Shown in pieces: positions 17,097 through 26,193 of a stretch of DNA of 46,501 nucleotides. This DNA is from Candidatus Poseidoniales archaeon (lineage in GTDB: Archaea; Thermoplasmatota; Poseidoniia; Poseidoniales; Poseidoniaceae), in contig QXXW01000030.1 of assembly GCA_009887255.1 (NCBI GenBank), positions 1-46,501 of the forward strand, given 5' to 3'. Position 1 is the stretch's first letter. Each line of letters opens with the position of its first letter. The notes below the pieces were generated by a model. The model did no database searches. It was not told where the DNA came from and saw nothing but the letters and a program-made list of their open reading frames with translations. The position numbers and the translations under genes were made by a program.

Positions 17097-18254
17097 TCAC
17101 GTGAGGACTTCGAGGAGGCGGTCCTGTTCAGCAGCCATCCGCAATTCCATAGCGATTCTTCGTCCGCTTGACATGGGTTTCCTCCAAAGGGCATTGCCGT
17201 AGGGATGGCCCACACTCACGTGAACGTTGGTGCCTCCACCCAGACGAGGGGCAACGTCATAGATGTAGTAATTCATGTCTTTGTCAATGCAGGTTTGCAG
17301 GCAGAAAGGACCGATGATTCCCGGGTCGTAGTGTTCCTTGCTTGCGTTGATGAACCGTTCACCGAGTTCAAAGGCCTTTTCGAGGAGCGATTCTCTTATG
17401 GTGGCGGTGTTGTGGCCGACCACGGTCATCTCGGGAATCTGCTGATGAAGTGGCATGGTCATTTGTTGTGGTGCAGGAAGGCGGACATGACCGTCAAGAG
17501 ATGACTCAAACCTCCAATCAACTCCGAGCAGTTCCAAACGCTCGCCTTCTTCTGCCAGTGGGCTGTAGAAGAAGTTCAAATTGAACACGGGTCCGATGAC
17601 GTACCGTTCGATGCGGGCGCCGTCAAGAGAGGCCTGATCGATCACACCTTCAGCCAACAAGGCCGCTGATTTCTCTTGATACTCCTTGAAAGAAGCACAT
17701 GTGAAGAAGCCGCGTTCGAGTTTCTTTTGGGCGTGGTGAAGTTTGACAATGACCAAGCAATCAATGTCTTCTGGAGAGTTGATCTTCTCGGGATACGGCA
17801 AGCCAGCTTTTTCCAAGATCCAATAGTAATCTTGGTCTTCCGTCCGCTCTTCCATCCGAAGCATGTTTCTGCTTCCAAACATGGGAATGTTGAATTTTTC
17901 TTCAATGTCTGTGATGTCAGAATAGGAGGTAAAGGAACGGTTGGGGATGTAGATGACGTTCCGCTTTCGCATTTCTTCCTGCATGGCAGGCTGCATCACA
18001 TCATTGAAGTTCTCCATGACGATGGCTTTGTCCACCATGCCACGTTGTACCCTTCCCGATGAACTCCTGTGCGTCTTGAAGTAGTTGGCGTAGGTTTTGT
18101 GCCGCCCTTCCTTGCAATAGGCAACGGTTGGGAAGCCCTCCTCGATCGCTCCATCGCAGATGTCAAGCGCAGAGTGCGATGCTGTCATGCCGATCCGAAG
18201 TTTGAGTCGGTCGTACTCGTCAACCAAAGCGGCAATGTCGTCTTGACCGATCAT
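17097..18254 (-). CDS. purP: 5-formaminoimidazole-4-carboxamide ribonucleotide (FAICAR) synthetase PurP
   Basis: The full length resembles archaeal PurP as I recall it (IGMTASHSALDI, IPNRSFTSY, PMFGSRNMLRMEER, GPFCLQT, GGTN). Confidence 0.9.
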   Translation of the reverse strand: MIGQDDIAALVDEYDRLKLRIGMTASHSALDICDGAIEEGFPTVAYCKEGRHKTYANYFKTHRSSSGRVQRGMVDKAIVMENFNDVMQPAMQEEMRKRNVIYIPNRSFTSYSDITDIEEKFNIPMFGSRNMLRMEERTEDQDYYWILEKAGLPYPEKINSPEDIDCLVIVKLHHAQKKLERGFFTCASFKEYQEKSAALLAEGVIDQASLDGARIERYVIGPVFNLNFFYSPLAEEGERLELLGVDWRFESSLDGHVRLPAPQQMTMPLHQQIPEMTVVGHNTATIRESLLEKAFELGERFINASKEHYDPGIIGPFCLQTCIDKDMNYYIYDVAPRLGGGTNVHVSVGHPYGNALWRKPMSSGRRIAMELRMAAEQDRLLEVLT

Positions 18255-18314
18255 CCGTACACGTCCGTTTGTTGGGTGTGCGTTGAGGTTCTTGATGTGT
18301 TCGCTGGATTGAAA

Positions 18315-19190
18315 TTAATCAAACCGCTGGAGTTGCATCAATTCCTCGGTTGATAATGTCCCACCGGACAACAACTTCGCCATCAAGTCCTGCGTTTCTT
18401 CGCTGGACGATTGGCGCTGACCGTCACCTTGGCTGGCGCCCCGCATGGCACGGAGAATGTCCTGAGTTGAGTGCAGGCAACGCAGCGAGACAATGTAGAG
18501 GCTGTGTTCCTTGTCGGCTTCTTTCTTTGAGGTTCGCAATCGTCGGTGTGCGGCTTCGGCTTTTTCCCGTTGCTTGTCAACTTCGGCATTCCATTCAATC
18601 ATCAGATCGTGAGCGCTTTGAGCCGCATCTGCCGCTTCTTTGACTGCACCGTGAGCGGTTTCTTGGTCGAGCATGGCGGTTCGGAGGGCTTCGCTTCCTT
18701 CGCCTTCGGTTAGAGCGTTCGCATCGGCCTTGAGTTTCTTCAATTTGGCACCGAGTTCCTTCATTTTCTTGAAGTACTTTGTTTCGTTTTTACCCTGATG
18801 CCGTCCTTGCTCAAATTCTCGTTCAAGTCGTTCCATTGTACGGGTAACGGATTGGACGGTGTCGGGCCGAATGGGTCGGCCGCGGCGATCAAATTGCTGA
18901 GGTTGTTCAGGCTGGCTGGAACGTGTGGCTTCCTTAGCGTCCCGAACCCGTTGATTTGCATCTTCTCGAACTTTTTTCTTTTCACGAACCATTTCGTTCA
19001 TTTTGTCGCGCAAATCCCGTTGTTCACGAACTTGAACGATGAGTTCGCGAACTTCATTGTTGAGTTCGTTTCGGGTGGTGGTGTACTCCTTGGTCTTCGC
19101 GTTCCAGTCGTCTCGGATTTCACGATGCAGTGTTGCTTTTGCGTCAACCATTTTACGTCGTTCTTCGAGTAGACCTTTGAATTCCGTCAT
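18315..19190 (-). CDS. COG1340-like archaeal coiled-coil protein (paralogue A)
   Basis: 291 aa and almost entirely heptad-like K/E/R/Q-rich helix. It has a central TMERLEREFEQ..NETKYFKKMKELGAKLKKL segment and a C-terminal helix motif QDLMAKLLSGGTLSTEELMQLQ. Confidence 0.6.
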   Translation of the reverse strand: MTEFKGLLEERRKMVDAKATLHREIRDDWNAKTKEYTTTRNELNNEVRELIVQVREQRDLRDKMNEMVREKKKVREDANQRVRDAKEATRSSQPEQPQQFDRRGRPIRPDTVQSVTRTMERLEREFEQGRHQGKNETKYFKKMKELGAKLKKLKADANALTEGEGSEALRTAMLDQETAHGAVKEAADAAQSAHDLMIEWNAEVDKQREKAEAAHRRLRTSKKEADKEHSLYIVSLRCLHSTQDILRAMRGASQGDGQRQSSSEETQDLMAKLLSGGTLSTEELMQLQRFD

Positions 19191-19262
19191 CGTTCATCGC
19201 ACCTGATCGAGGAAGACTCCCATCGTCCTCACCGTGGGCGAGAGACCTCCCCCATTTAACCC

Positions 19263-19595
19263 TCATGGGCGTCCATTGCCACGCTTCATGTCCTGAATGC
19301 TGTCGTTGAAAGCCTTGAGGGATGGGAAGAGGGCACCAAGGTTGACTTCAGGTGTTGTGTGGACGATTAAGAACCCCGCTTTGGTTTGGGAGGCGACGAC
19401 CTTGCCATGTTCAAAAATCAACGATACGGTTTTCCCACCGTTCTGTGCGACCATGGCCGGCCATCGGCGGCGTTGAGCATCGTCGTTGCTTGGGTCAGCA
19501 GCTGAACGGTAGATGACGTACCCGTCCCTCTCCAAAAGCGCCACTGAGCGAACCCCTCGGAGGCTGGCCAACGGTCGTAGAAGCCGCTCAAACAC
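19263..19595 (-). CDS. Roadblock/LC7 (MglB-like) domain protein
   Basis: 110 aa. The pattern LASLRGVRSVALLERDGYVIY ... GFLIVHTTPEVNLGALF matches the Roadblock/LC7 consensus as I recall it. Confidence 0.55.
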   Translation of the reverse strand: MFERLLRPLASLRGVRSVALLERDGYVIYRSAADPSNDDAQRRRWPAMVAQNGGKTVSLIFEHGKVVASQTKAGFLIVHTTPEVNLGALFPSLKAFNDSIQDMKRGNGRP

Positions 19596-19634
19596 ATGTT
19601 GTGTTTCAAGCGAACTTGAATAATCCTTTGCTCT

Positions 19635-20111
19635 TCAAGCCCTCAACGGCCCTCGCATCATGTAGCCGAGCCCTGAGGCATAATACCCGACCAACTCACG
19701 TTGGATACTCATGCCTCGTTGTTGATAGAAGGCTTGAGCCCTGTGATTGGCCGCTTTCACTTCAAGTTGAACCTGTCCATAGCCCTCATCAACCATGGTG
19801 CTGACAAACCTATCCCAAGCCAATGTCCCCCAGCCTTTCCCTTGATGGCGGCGATGGAGGACAAAGGCTGCGATGCGAACGATGTCGTCTTTGAACGGTG
19901 TCGCCCAAAGCACGCCTTCGATGACAGGTTGTTCATGTTCCTTGTTGATCAACATCATGTTGCCCGACCAGGCGGGCACGGGGAGGAGACGGACAGTGGT
20001 TTCGGAATAGACTTCACCCGTTTCGTTCCAAAACAAGTCCAACACGGTTTGACATTCACTGCTTGTCAAATCGCTTGGTGATGGACAAGGCACCCATTCC
20101 ATCGTGGACAC
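19635..20111 (-). CDS. GNAT-family N-acetyltransferase
   Basis: Acetyl-CoA binding motif RRHQGKGWGTLA, followed by the AQAFYQQRGM helix. Confidence 0.7.
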   Translation of the reverse strand: MSTMEWVPCPSPSDLTSSECQTVLDLFWNETGEVYSETTVRLLPVPAWSGNMMLINKEHEQPVIEGVLWATPFKDDIVRIAAFVLHRRHQGKGWGTLAWDRFVSTMVDEGYGQVQLEVKAANHRAQAFYQQRGMSIQRELVGYYASGLGYMMRGPLRA

Positions 20112-20117
20112 GGGGGT

Positions 20118-20876
20118 TCATGCCTCCGTTGTCGCATCGGTCATTTCCGTTGGATCGGGGTCCTGAAACAAACTGCTGTGCTCGAGCATGGCTTGAATTT
20201 CATCCAACTCTAAGGCGTCACCTGCCCTGAATTTGGCCATCAATGTTTCAGAGGCCTCAACGCTCACGGTTTGTGGGCGACTGCGTTGTTGGCGGCCGAT
20301 GCTCCTTCGCAAAGCACGAGCGTTTTCCAAAGCAACATCAAGGGTGCGCTGAAGGTTTTGTTCCTCGCGACGTCGTTGGCGTTGCTCTTTGTTGAGAGCA
20401 GCCACATTGGCCTGAAGGGTTGAACGTTGTTCGGTCAGTTCTCGATTGGCAACATCGAGGAGGTCGACCCTTCGATGAAGTTCTTGAAATTCAAAAAATT
20501 CAGCAGCCATTCTTTGCTCGGTCTCCAGGGCGTGTGCACTGCTCGGTCCAGTGTTTCGAGCAAGGGCCTTGAACAGGTGGTGGAGTCGTTTCTCAATGGT
20601 TGACCTTGGCAGAGGAACATTGCGAGACAACCCGTCTCTTTGAGCGAGTAACTTGAGGTATTCGTCCTTGGATTCCAGAGTTTTCCTCACGTGTTCGTTG
20701 TCTGAGTTTTTGAGTTCTGGAGTGGCGACGGGATCGGTGTTTCCTCGCTTGGCGTAGGCGATGGCCAGCCCGTTGAGGGCGCGTTGGTGACGCATGACAC
20801 TCCGACGTTCTTTGAGCGAGGTGACCTCTGCTGTAAGGGCGCTCAATTGTGCCCCAATCGATTTGTTTTTGGTCAC
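20118..20876 (-). CDS. coiled-coil protein (paralogue D, COG1340-like C-terminus)
   Basis: 252 aa and helical, R/Q/E-rich. The C-terminal ETLMAKFRAGDALELDEIQAML aligns with the C-terminal motif of the 18315..19190 protein. There is a 4-nt overlap with the upstream gene, and the stop is 6 nt from the GNAT start. Confidence 0.5.
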   Translation of the reverse strand: MTKNKSIGAQLSALTAEVTSLKERRSVMRHQRALNGLAIAYAKRGNTDPVATPELKNSDNEHVRKTLESKDEYLKLLAQRDGLSRNVPLPRSTIEKRLHHLFKALARNTGPSSAHALETEQRMAAEFFEFQELHRRVDLLDVANRELTEQRSTLQANVAALNKEQRQRRREEQNLQRTLDVALENARALRRSIGRQQRSRPQTVSVEASETLMAKFRAGDALELDEIQAMLEHSSLFQDPDPTEMTDATTEA

Positions 20877-21301
20877 GCGTGTTGACCTCCATCAAGTTGT
20901 TTTGAGGCAAACGTCGGGGGATGGCCCTCGGCCACGCGGTGTGCCGCCTCGAGTAAAGAGGTCCATGGACGGTCCTCGTCGGACCAATACACCAACGTGG
21001 ATTGGACGTTGGCGTTTGCGTTCCTCAATTGGTGTGTACGCGATTCAGAACGACGACGAAACTCTTCTCGTTCGTTGTAAAGCAGTTCAGCGGCCGTTGT
21101 CGCTTCTTCGTTAGAGGATGCCCCTTCTTTCAAGCTTTTGTGGGCCATTCTTGCTTCTTTGGTGAGGTGGTAGGCACGAGAGAGTTCTTCCTCCCGTGAC
21201 TTCAGCAGATCGGGCAAGGCTTTGGCAAGGTCGCGTTGTTTTTTGAGGATCATGCGCACCAAGTCGTCGGGTGTCAACGCCACCAGAGCCTCGGTTTGCA
21301 T
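20873..21301 (-). CDS. hypothetical helical protein, first gene of the coiled-coil operon
   Basis: 142-aa ORF with an ATG at 21301. It overlaps the next gene by 4 nt. I recognise no domain. Confidence 0.45.
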   Translation of the reverse strand: MQTEALVALTPDDLVRMILKKQRDLAKALPDLLKSREEELSRAYHLTKEARMAHKSLKEGASSNEEATTAAELLYNEREEFRRRSESRTHQLRNANANVQSTLVYWSDEDRPWTSLLEAAHRVAEGHPPTFASKQLDGGQHA

Positions 21302-21393
21302 GCTTCCCCGCTGAGGGTCTAATCTACAAGAATGAATCCCTCGGGCGGCGTCGTGGCGAGAAGGTGAAGAACCCCCACCTTCGGGTACAACCC

Positions 21394-23883
21394 ATGGGCC
21401 TCGGGCAGTTCAAGCCAGCATTGATGGCTCTTCTCGTGTTGGCGTCCGTTCTCATCGTTCCGTTTGCAGCCGCATCGTCTGGGGCGGTGGGTGTTGTGCT
21501 GGGGTCTTCCACAGTCTCCGATCATCTGCTGATCGAGGACGCACAGGCCAATCTTTCCATCGAGTTGGAAGAGGTTGCTAACGGCCCAGCCAACGTGACT
21601 GTTTCCTACGGTTTGGCTACGCTTGAGGGGGCCGAGATGAGTCGAAACACCACCACGGTGGTGTTTCTTCCAAGCACCACCAGTGCCACGGTCAACCTGT
21701 CGATTCAGAACGTGCCATTTGGCTACTCAACCATGTTTGTGGAGTTGTCGGGGGATGTCGCATCGAACTCATCCACGCACGTCAACGCCTTCACCAGAAC
21801 AGTCCACCGTCTTCGTCCGTTGTCGGTGGGCCTTGGCTCAACAAATTCCGTCGTTGGAAGCGGCCTTGGAGCCGATGGAAACCTCACCGGTAATCAGACG
21901 ATCAACGAAGGGGACGGTTTGCGGTTGGAAGTGCCCATCGTCAACGGAGGGGATGTAAATTGGACCGGCGGTCTCCAAATCACGACTGACCAATTCGGCA
22001 TCATTCAACACCACAACGCCACCAACGTGTCGGTTGTCTCCATGACTTCGACCGTGGTCGTCGGAGATTTCCTAGATGGCGTGCTTGAAGGAGAATTGGC
22101 CTGGACGGCGGAATTGGTCGGGGCCATCGGAAGCGATGAATCCAATCGATTTCGAAACGGCACGCTTGAGGTTCTGCCTCCCCCTTTGCCTTCCCTCAGT
22201 GGCCTTTTTACTCCCTTCAATGAATCGGACCTCGTTGCAGGTCAACCGTTTGATCTGTCCCTCACCGTTTACAACAACGGTACAGCGGCCTTCAACGGCC
22301 AACTTCATTGTTCTGACGGAACAACAGAGCTTCACCAGTCACCGTTGAGCCTCGCTCCCGGCGGCAACACCACCGTCGCCTTTGAGGTGAGCGCTCGGCC
22401 CATGACCGTGGTTTGCACGGAAGCGGGTCAACGCATTTCGACCTCATCTTCATGGCCAATCAACAAGACCGTCAACATCTCCTCAGCGTTGTTTGTCATC
22501 GCCGGTGCTCCATCACCGTCGTTGGAAGGTGGGCCGTGGCATCAAGGTGATGTTCTCTCGGCCAATTTGTTGATTCGCAACACAGGTTCACTCGATGGTC
22601 GTTTGCGGTTGGAAGTGATTGATGGCAGCGTGTCATCTGCCGGGGATTGGGTGGTCTTGGCTTCCGGTTCTGCAGGTGAGGTCCGAGTTAACCACGCATT
22701 CTCTACGGTCGGTGACCGGATGCTCGAATGGAGGTTGATTTCAGACAACGGGGGCATCACAGGCACTTCCAACGGGTCCTTACCCGTTAGCGTTCTCTCA
22801 CCGCAATCCGTTTCGTTGTCCTTGGACCCCATCAACGGTTCATCCGAAAGAGTCGTCGTTATGGCCACCACGCTCTTGGACGAGGGTCCAGCGAGGGAGG
22901 TTCGAATCCGTGCTGGGTTGGACCAAGGGAGCGGTCCGGTTTACATCTACGATCAAATTCGGCTCCTCGAACCCGGGCAACAGGCTCATGAATTCGATTT
23001 GGGATTCCCAGAAGGTGAACGGGTTGTCGTCCGAGTTTCTCCGGTTGGATGGTCGATTGGACCGGGTCCACTCTCCGTGTCCACCTCTCTTCCTGAGGCG
23101 GTCACAACCTATAGAATGACGATGGACCCGGTGCTCTCTCCGATCCGGCCCGTTGCAGGTGACGAGGTCACCTTGACCCTTCTCTTGGAGCAAAGTGGGT
23201 CCTTCCAAGATTCAACCAGCACCCTGCGCCTGCTGGATGCATACGGCCAGGAATTGTCCAACATCAGCGTGGACGGATGGTCAACCTCCGGTTCCATGGC
23301 CGAATCGTTGGTGGTGGAGTGGCCGTCGGGAAACAACGTGCTGATCCGTGCTCATTGGGACGTGAATGGACAGGTGATCACCGCACAAGAATCCTACATC
23401 TCCTCGCCTCCAACAGACGATGAAGGGGCCAGCATTCCTTGGGCATCGCTGTTGTGGGGCTCTGTGCTGGGTGGCGTCCTCATCGCTGTCTTGCGGGTTG
23501 TCGTCCGAACGCCAAGCAGTGCCTCCCCCTCAACACCTCGTTCCTCCACTTCTCCCCGAGAACCGACAACATCTGTTCCCACCTCCACCGATGAAAAGAG
23601 AAACGTGACATGTCCGGCATGCGATCGTGGTCTACGGGTGCCCACCACCTATTCGGGGTCGGTTGGATGCCCTGATTGCAGTCACAAATTTTCGATTGAG
23701 CCGGAGGCGACCGGCTCACCATCGACCCCCGCTCTCGGAATGGAAGAAACCAAAATTACCGTATATTGCCCCGCTTGTGTTCAAAGTTTACGCGTTCCTT
23801 CATCCTACACAGGGTCCGTTCGATGCCCAGCCTGCACAAAAGTCTTCAAGTCAACAGACAGCGTCAATGGCCAGGAGCCGTGA
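21394..23883 (+). CDS. large surface protein: signal peptide, CARDB/Ig-like repeats, TM anchor, Ser/Pro/Thr-rich cytoplasmic tail with two MJ0042-type zinc ribbons
   Basis: The ATG at 21394 gives MGLGQFKPALMALLVLASVLIVPFAAASSG. There are recurring xNxG beta-sandwich-like motifs (VNGGDVNWTG, VYNNGTAAFNG, IRNTGSLDG) and many NxS/T sequons. The TM helix is WASLLWGSVLGGVLIAVLRVVV. The tail carries CPACDRGLRVPTTYSGSVGCPDCSHKF and CPACVQSLRVPSSYTGSVRCPACTKVF. Confidence 0.7.
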   Translation: MGLGQFKPALMALLVLASVLIVPFAAASSGAVGVVLGSSTVSDHLLIEDAQANLSIELEEVANGPANVTVSYGLATLEGAEMSRNTTTVVFLPSTTSATVNLSIQNVPFGYSTMFVELSGDVASNSSTHVNAFTRTVHRLRPLSVGLGSTNSVVGSGLGADGNLTGNQTINEGDGLRLEVPIVNGGDVNWTGGLQITTDQFGIIQHHNATNVSVVSMTSTVVVGDFLDGVLEGELAWTAELVGAIGSDESNRFRNGTLEVLPPPLPSLSGLFTPFNESDLVAGQPFDLSLTVYNNGTAAFNGQLHCSDGTTELHQSPLSLAPGGNTTVAFEVSARPMTVVCTEAGQRISTSSSWPINKTVNISSALFVIAGAPSPSLEGGPWHQGDVLSANLLIRNTGSLDGRLRLEVIDGSVSSAGDWVVLASGSAGEVRVNHAFSTVGDRMLEWRLISDNGGITGTSNGSLPVSVLSPQSVSLSLDPINGSSERVVVMATTLLDEGPAREVRIRAGLDQGSGPVYIYDQIRLLEPGQQAHEFDLGFPEGERVVVRVSPVGWSIGPGPLSVSTSLPEAVTTYRMTMDPVLSPIRPVAGDEVTLTLLLEQSGSFQDSTSTLRLLDAYGQELSNISVDGWSTSGSMAESLVVEWPSGNNVLIRAHWDVNGQVITAQESYISSPPTDDEGASIPWASLLWGSVLGGVLIAVLRVVVRTPSSASPSTPRSSTSPREPTTSVPTSTDEKRNVTCPACDRGLRVPTTYSGSVGCPDCSHKFSIEPEATGSPSTPALGMEETKITVYCPACVQSLRVPSSYTGSVRCPACTKVFKSTDSVNGQEP

Positions 23884-23885
23884 TT

Positions 23886-24548
23886 ATGGTTGGCCATTTT
23901 CAGGAATTTGAAGACGAATATCTTGAAATGATGTACGAGTTTCACGAAGAATCCCCTCTCAAGCGTGTCCGAACCGGTGATCTGGCAGCCAAATTGGGTG
24001 TTGCACCGGCATCAGCTACCGAGATGGTTCAACGGCTCGCCTCCCGAGACCTTCTGGATTACGTCCCCTACAAAGGGGCAAAATTGACCGAAGCAGGCTT
24101 TCTTCACGGCCAACAAATGAAGCGGCGACATCGTCTCGCCGAGCTTCTCCTGGACGCTTTGCCCTACGAAGGAAACCCCCACGAAACAGCATGCCGTCTT
24201 GAACACGCCATTGACGATGACCTCGAAGTGGCCCTCTCTCGAATGCTGGGCAGTCATGACACCGACCCCAGTGGGCGACCAATTCCAGCAGCCTCCTCCA
24301 AAATCCAATCGAGATTGGACGGTGTTGTTGCCTATGCCAGCTTGGGGGATGTACCCCCCAACACATCTTGTACGGTGCGGCTCTTGCTCCTCGATGCCTC
24401 TGCTTGTTTGTGGCTCAAGGAACGCGGCGTTGAACCGGGCGCCAAGATGTTGTGGGATGGCGAGGCGTTGGTCATGGCCGACAACAGGCGCCTTGTCGTC
24501 GAGCCGAACTGGGCGCGTGGTGTTTTGATGGAGCACATTCGCCAGTAG
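23886..24548 (+). CDS. DtxR/MntR-family metal-dependent transcriptional regulator with C-terminal FeoA/SH3-like domain
   Basis: EDEYLEMMYEF..RTGDLAAKLGVAPASATEMVQRL..YKGAKLTEAGF..RRHRLAELLL is typical of the DtxR winged helix and dimerisation helix. The ATG at 23886 lies 2 nt after the upstream stop. Confidence 0.8.
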   Translation: MVGHFQEFEDEYLEMMYEFHEESPLKRVRTGDLAAKLGVAPASATEMVQRLASRDLLDYVPYKGAKLTEAGFLHGQQMKRRHRLAELLLDALPYEGNPHETACRLEHAIDDDLEVALSRMLGSHDTDPSGRPIPAASSKIQSRLDGVVAYASLGDVPPNTSCTVRLLLLDASACLWLKERGVEPGAKMLWDGEALVMADNRRLVVEPNWARGVLMEHIRQ

Positions 24549-24585
24549 GCTGAATGCTTTAGAACACCCCTCGCTTCCATGGAGC

Positions 24586-26157
24586 ATGGCGGGTGTCGAT
24601 ACAGAGGGTGACGCTCCCACAGAACCTGACGATTTGTTGACCTTGGTGAATCAACAACAGCCCGATCACGGGGGCCAAGATGAAGGAAGAACTGGATTTC
24701 AATTGTCCGAACCCGTTCTGCATGCCATCGATTCTCAAATCGTGAGTTCTGGTCTTCGACTGATCCTCTTTCTTCCCGCCTTCACGGCGTTTACCTTCTT
24801 CGTATCATGGGCGTTTTCGCAAGCCTCACCTTCCTGGTGGGCCAAGAACATCGAGCCCAACCTCAACATGTCGTTTTCCATCTTCATGGCTTCCATGTCG
24901 TTTGTTGTTCTGCTCGGGTACATTCTGGCGGTAGGGTTCCATCGATATCGTGTGAAATTGTCCCTCCAAACCTTTCACGAGCGTGTTGATGAATCAAACA
25001 ACGACCAGCGCTCTGTAGAATCCCTTCACGGGTTCGATGGATTGGTGTTGGCGCTCCATCACTCCAGTGTCCAACATACAAAGACACTTGCTGGTGCAAT
25101 TTGTGCTGCATTGGTGCTTGTCGTCACCATTTACGTCGGTCCTTCAGAACAATTGGGAGCCATGGCATTGCTCGGTTCTACATCGTTCCTTTTGCTCTCC
25201 GTAGGCGCCCATCTCCCCACTCGTGCCTCCCCCTTCAACATGGTTGATCGAACCGGACTCATGGCGGCCTACTCGCCCCCCGTTCACCCTTCAACCTTGA
25301 CCATGGTGTTCAACGACTTGCTCAAAACCCACATGGATCCGTTGCTTCGGGCTGAATACGACGTATACACCAACGGCCTCGAACAGGGATTCAGAAAAAT
25401 CGTGAAAAGAGAATTCGCACATGAGAAGTTTTTGTTGACCTTGTACCGTCATGCAACCGGATTGGACCGTTCTACGATGGAGTCGGAACTGAAGGAAATC
25501 ATGACCATGAAAGGGATGGAATATGTGTTTAATCACCCCACGTTCACGCTTGAAGTATGGCTTGTCCTTATGGGGAGCATTACCAAACGGAGCCCGGCGT
25601 TCTTCCGAATGGTTGAACGGTTGAAGCAAAACATCGAATCGGGCTCTGAACCCGCCATGACGGATTTGGTGTTTGAGGTTGACATGGAAAACGTCGTTAC
25701 CGACCGAGCCAATTTGTTCACGCTCTTTCACAACCTTTCCAATGAACCACGAACCGTTGTTTTTCGAGTTCAAACACCGAATTTTCTTCCGAAAGATGTG
25801 GCGTTGACCTATCGCTTGGAGCCTGGCGAAAAATATTGGTGGTCGAACAAGGCCATCCCTGTGGCCAACAAGGGCAACGAAGACGTGTTGGGGAAGATGT
25901 CGGGTCTGCTGCTGGACAGCACGGTGTCGTGGCAGACATTGGTCCCCATTTCAAACGGTGACGCCACGGTATCGGTTCGCCTTGAGGAACCCAATGGGGA
26001 ACTTTTGCTCGGTCGTCAAATCAACGTTCGTGTTCGCACCGAATTCAGCAATTGGATTCGTCGCATCGGATCCATCATGGCCAACATCCTCGGTGGTTGC
26101 GGTGTCGCTGCGTCCCTCATGTTCATGACAATGTCCACATTCGGTATCGCTGTTTGA
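24586..26157 (+). CDS. membrane protein of unknown function (4 N-terminal TM helices, ~280-aa soluble domain, C-terminal TM)
   Basis: 523-aa ORF with hydrophobic segments LRLILFLPAFTAFTFFVSWAF, FSIFMASMSFVVLLGYILAVGF, LAGAICAALVLVVTIYV, AMALLGSTSFLLLSVGA and a terminal IMANILGGCGVAASLMFMTM. I recognise no motif. Confidence 0.6.
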   Translation: MAGVDTEGDAPTEPDDLLTLVNQQQPDHGGQDEGRTGFQLSEPVLHAIDSQIVSSGLRLILFLPAFTAFTFFVSWAFSQASPSWWAKNIEPNLNMSFSIFMASMSFVVLLGYILAVGFHRYRVKLSLQTFHERVDESNNDQRSVESLHGFDGLVLALHHSSVQHTKTLAGAICAALVLVVTIYVGPSEQLGAMALLGSTSFLLLSVGAHLPTRASPFNMVDRTGLMAAYSPPVHPSTLTMVFNDLLKTHMDPLLRAEYDVYTNGLEQGFRKIVKREFAHEKFLLTLYRHATGLDRSTMESELKEIMTMKGMEYVFNHPTFTLEVWLVLMGSITKRSPAFFRMVERLKQNIESGSEPAMTDLVFEVDMENVVTDRANLFTLFHNLSNEPRTVVFRVQTPNFLPKDVALTYRLEPGEKYWWSNKAIPVANKGNEDVLGKMSGLLLDSTVSWQTLVPISNGDATVSVRLEEPNGELLLGRQINVRVRTEFSNWIRRIGSIMANILGGCGVAASLMFMTMSTFGIAV

Positions 26158-26193
26158 TGCGAAAACCAGCGCTTGGTCATCCGTAGGCTTGAA

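Noticed and set aside
22899-22909. Exact tRNA T-loop consensus GGTTCGAATCC.
   Set aside because: It sits inside the surface-protein CDS. The flanking bases (GGGAG ... GTGCT) cannot form a T-stem, and I could not draw an acceptor or anticodon arm around it. I consider it coincidental. I found no tRNA or rRNA in any intergenic gap.
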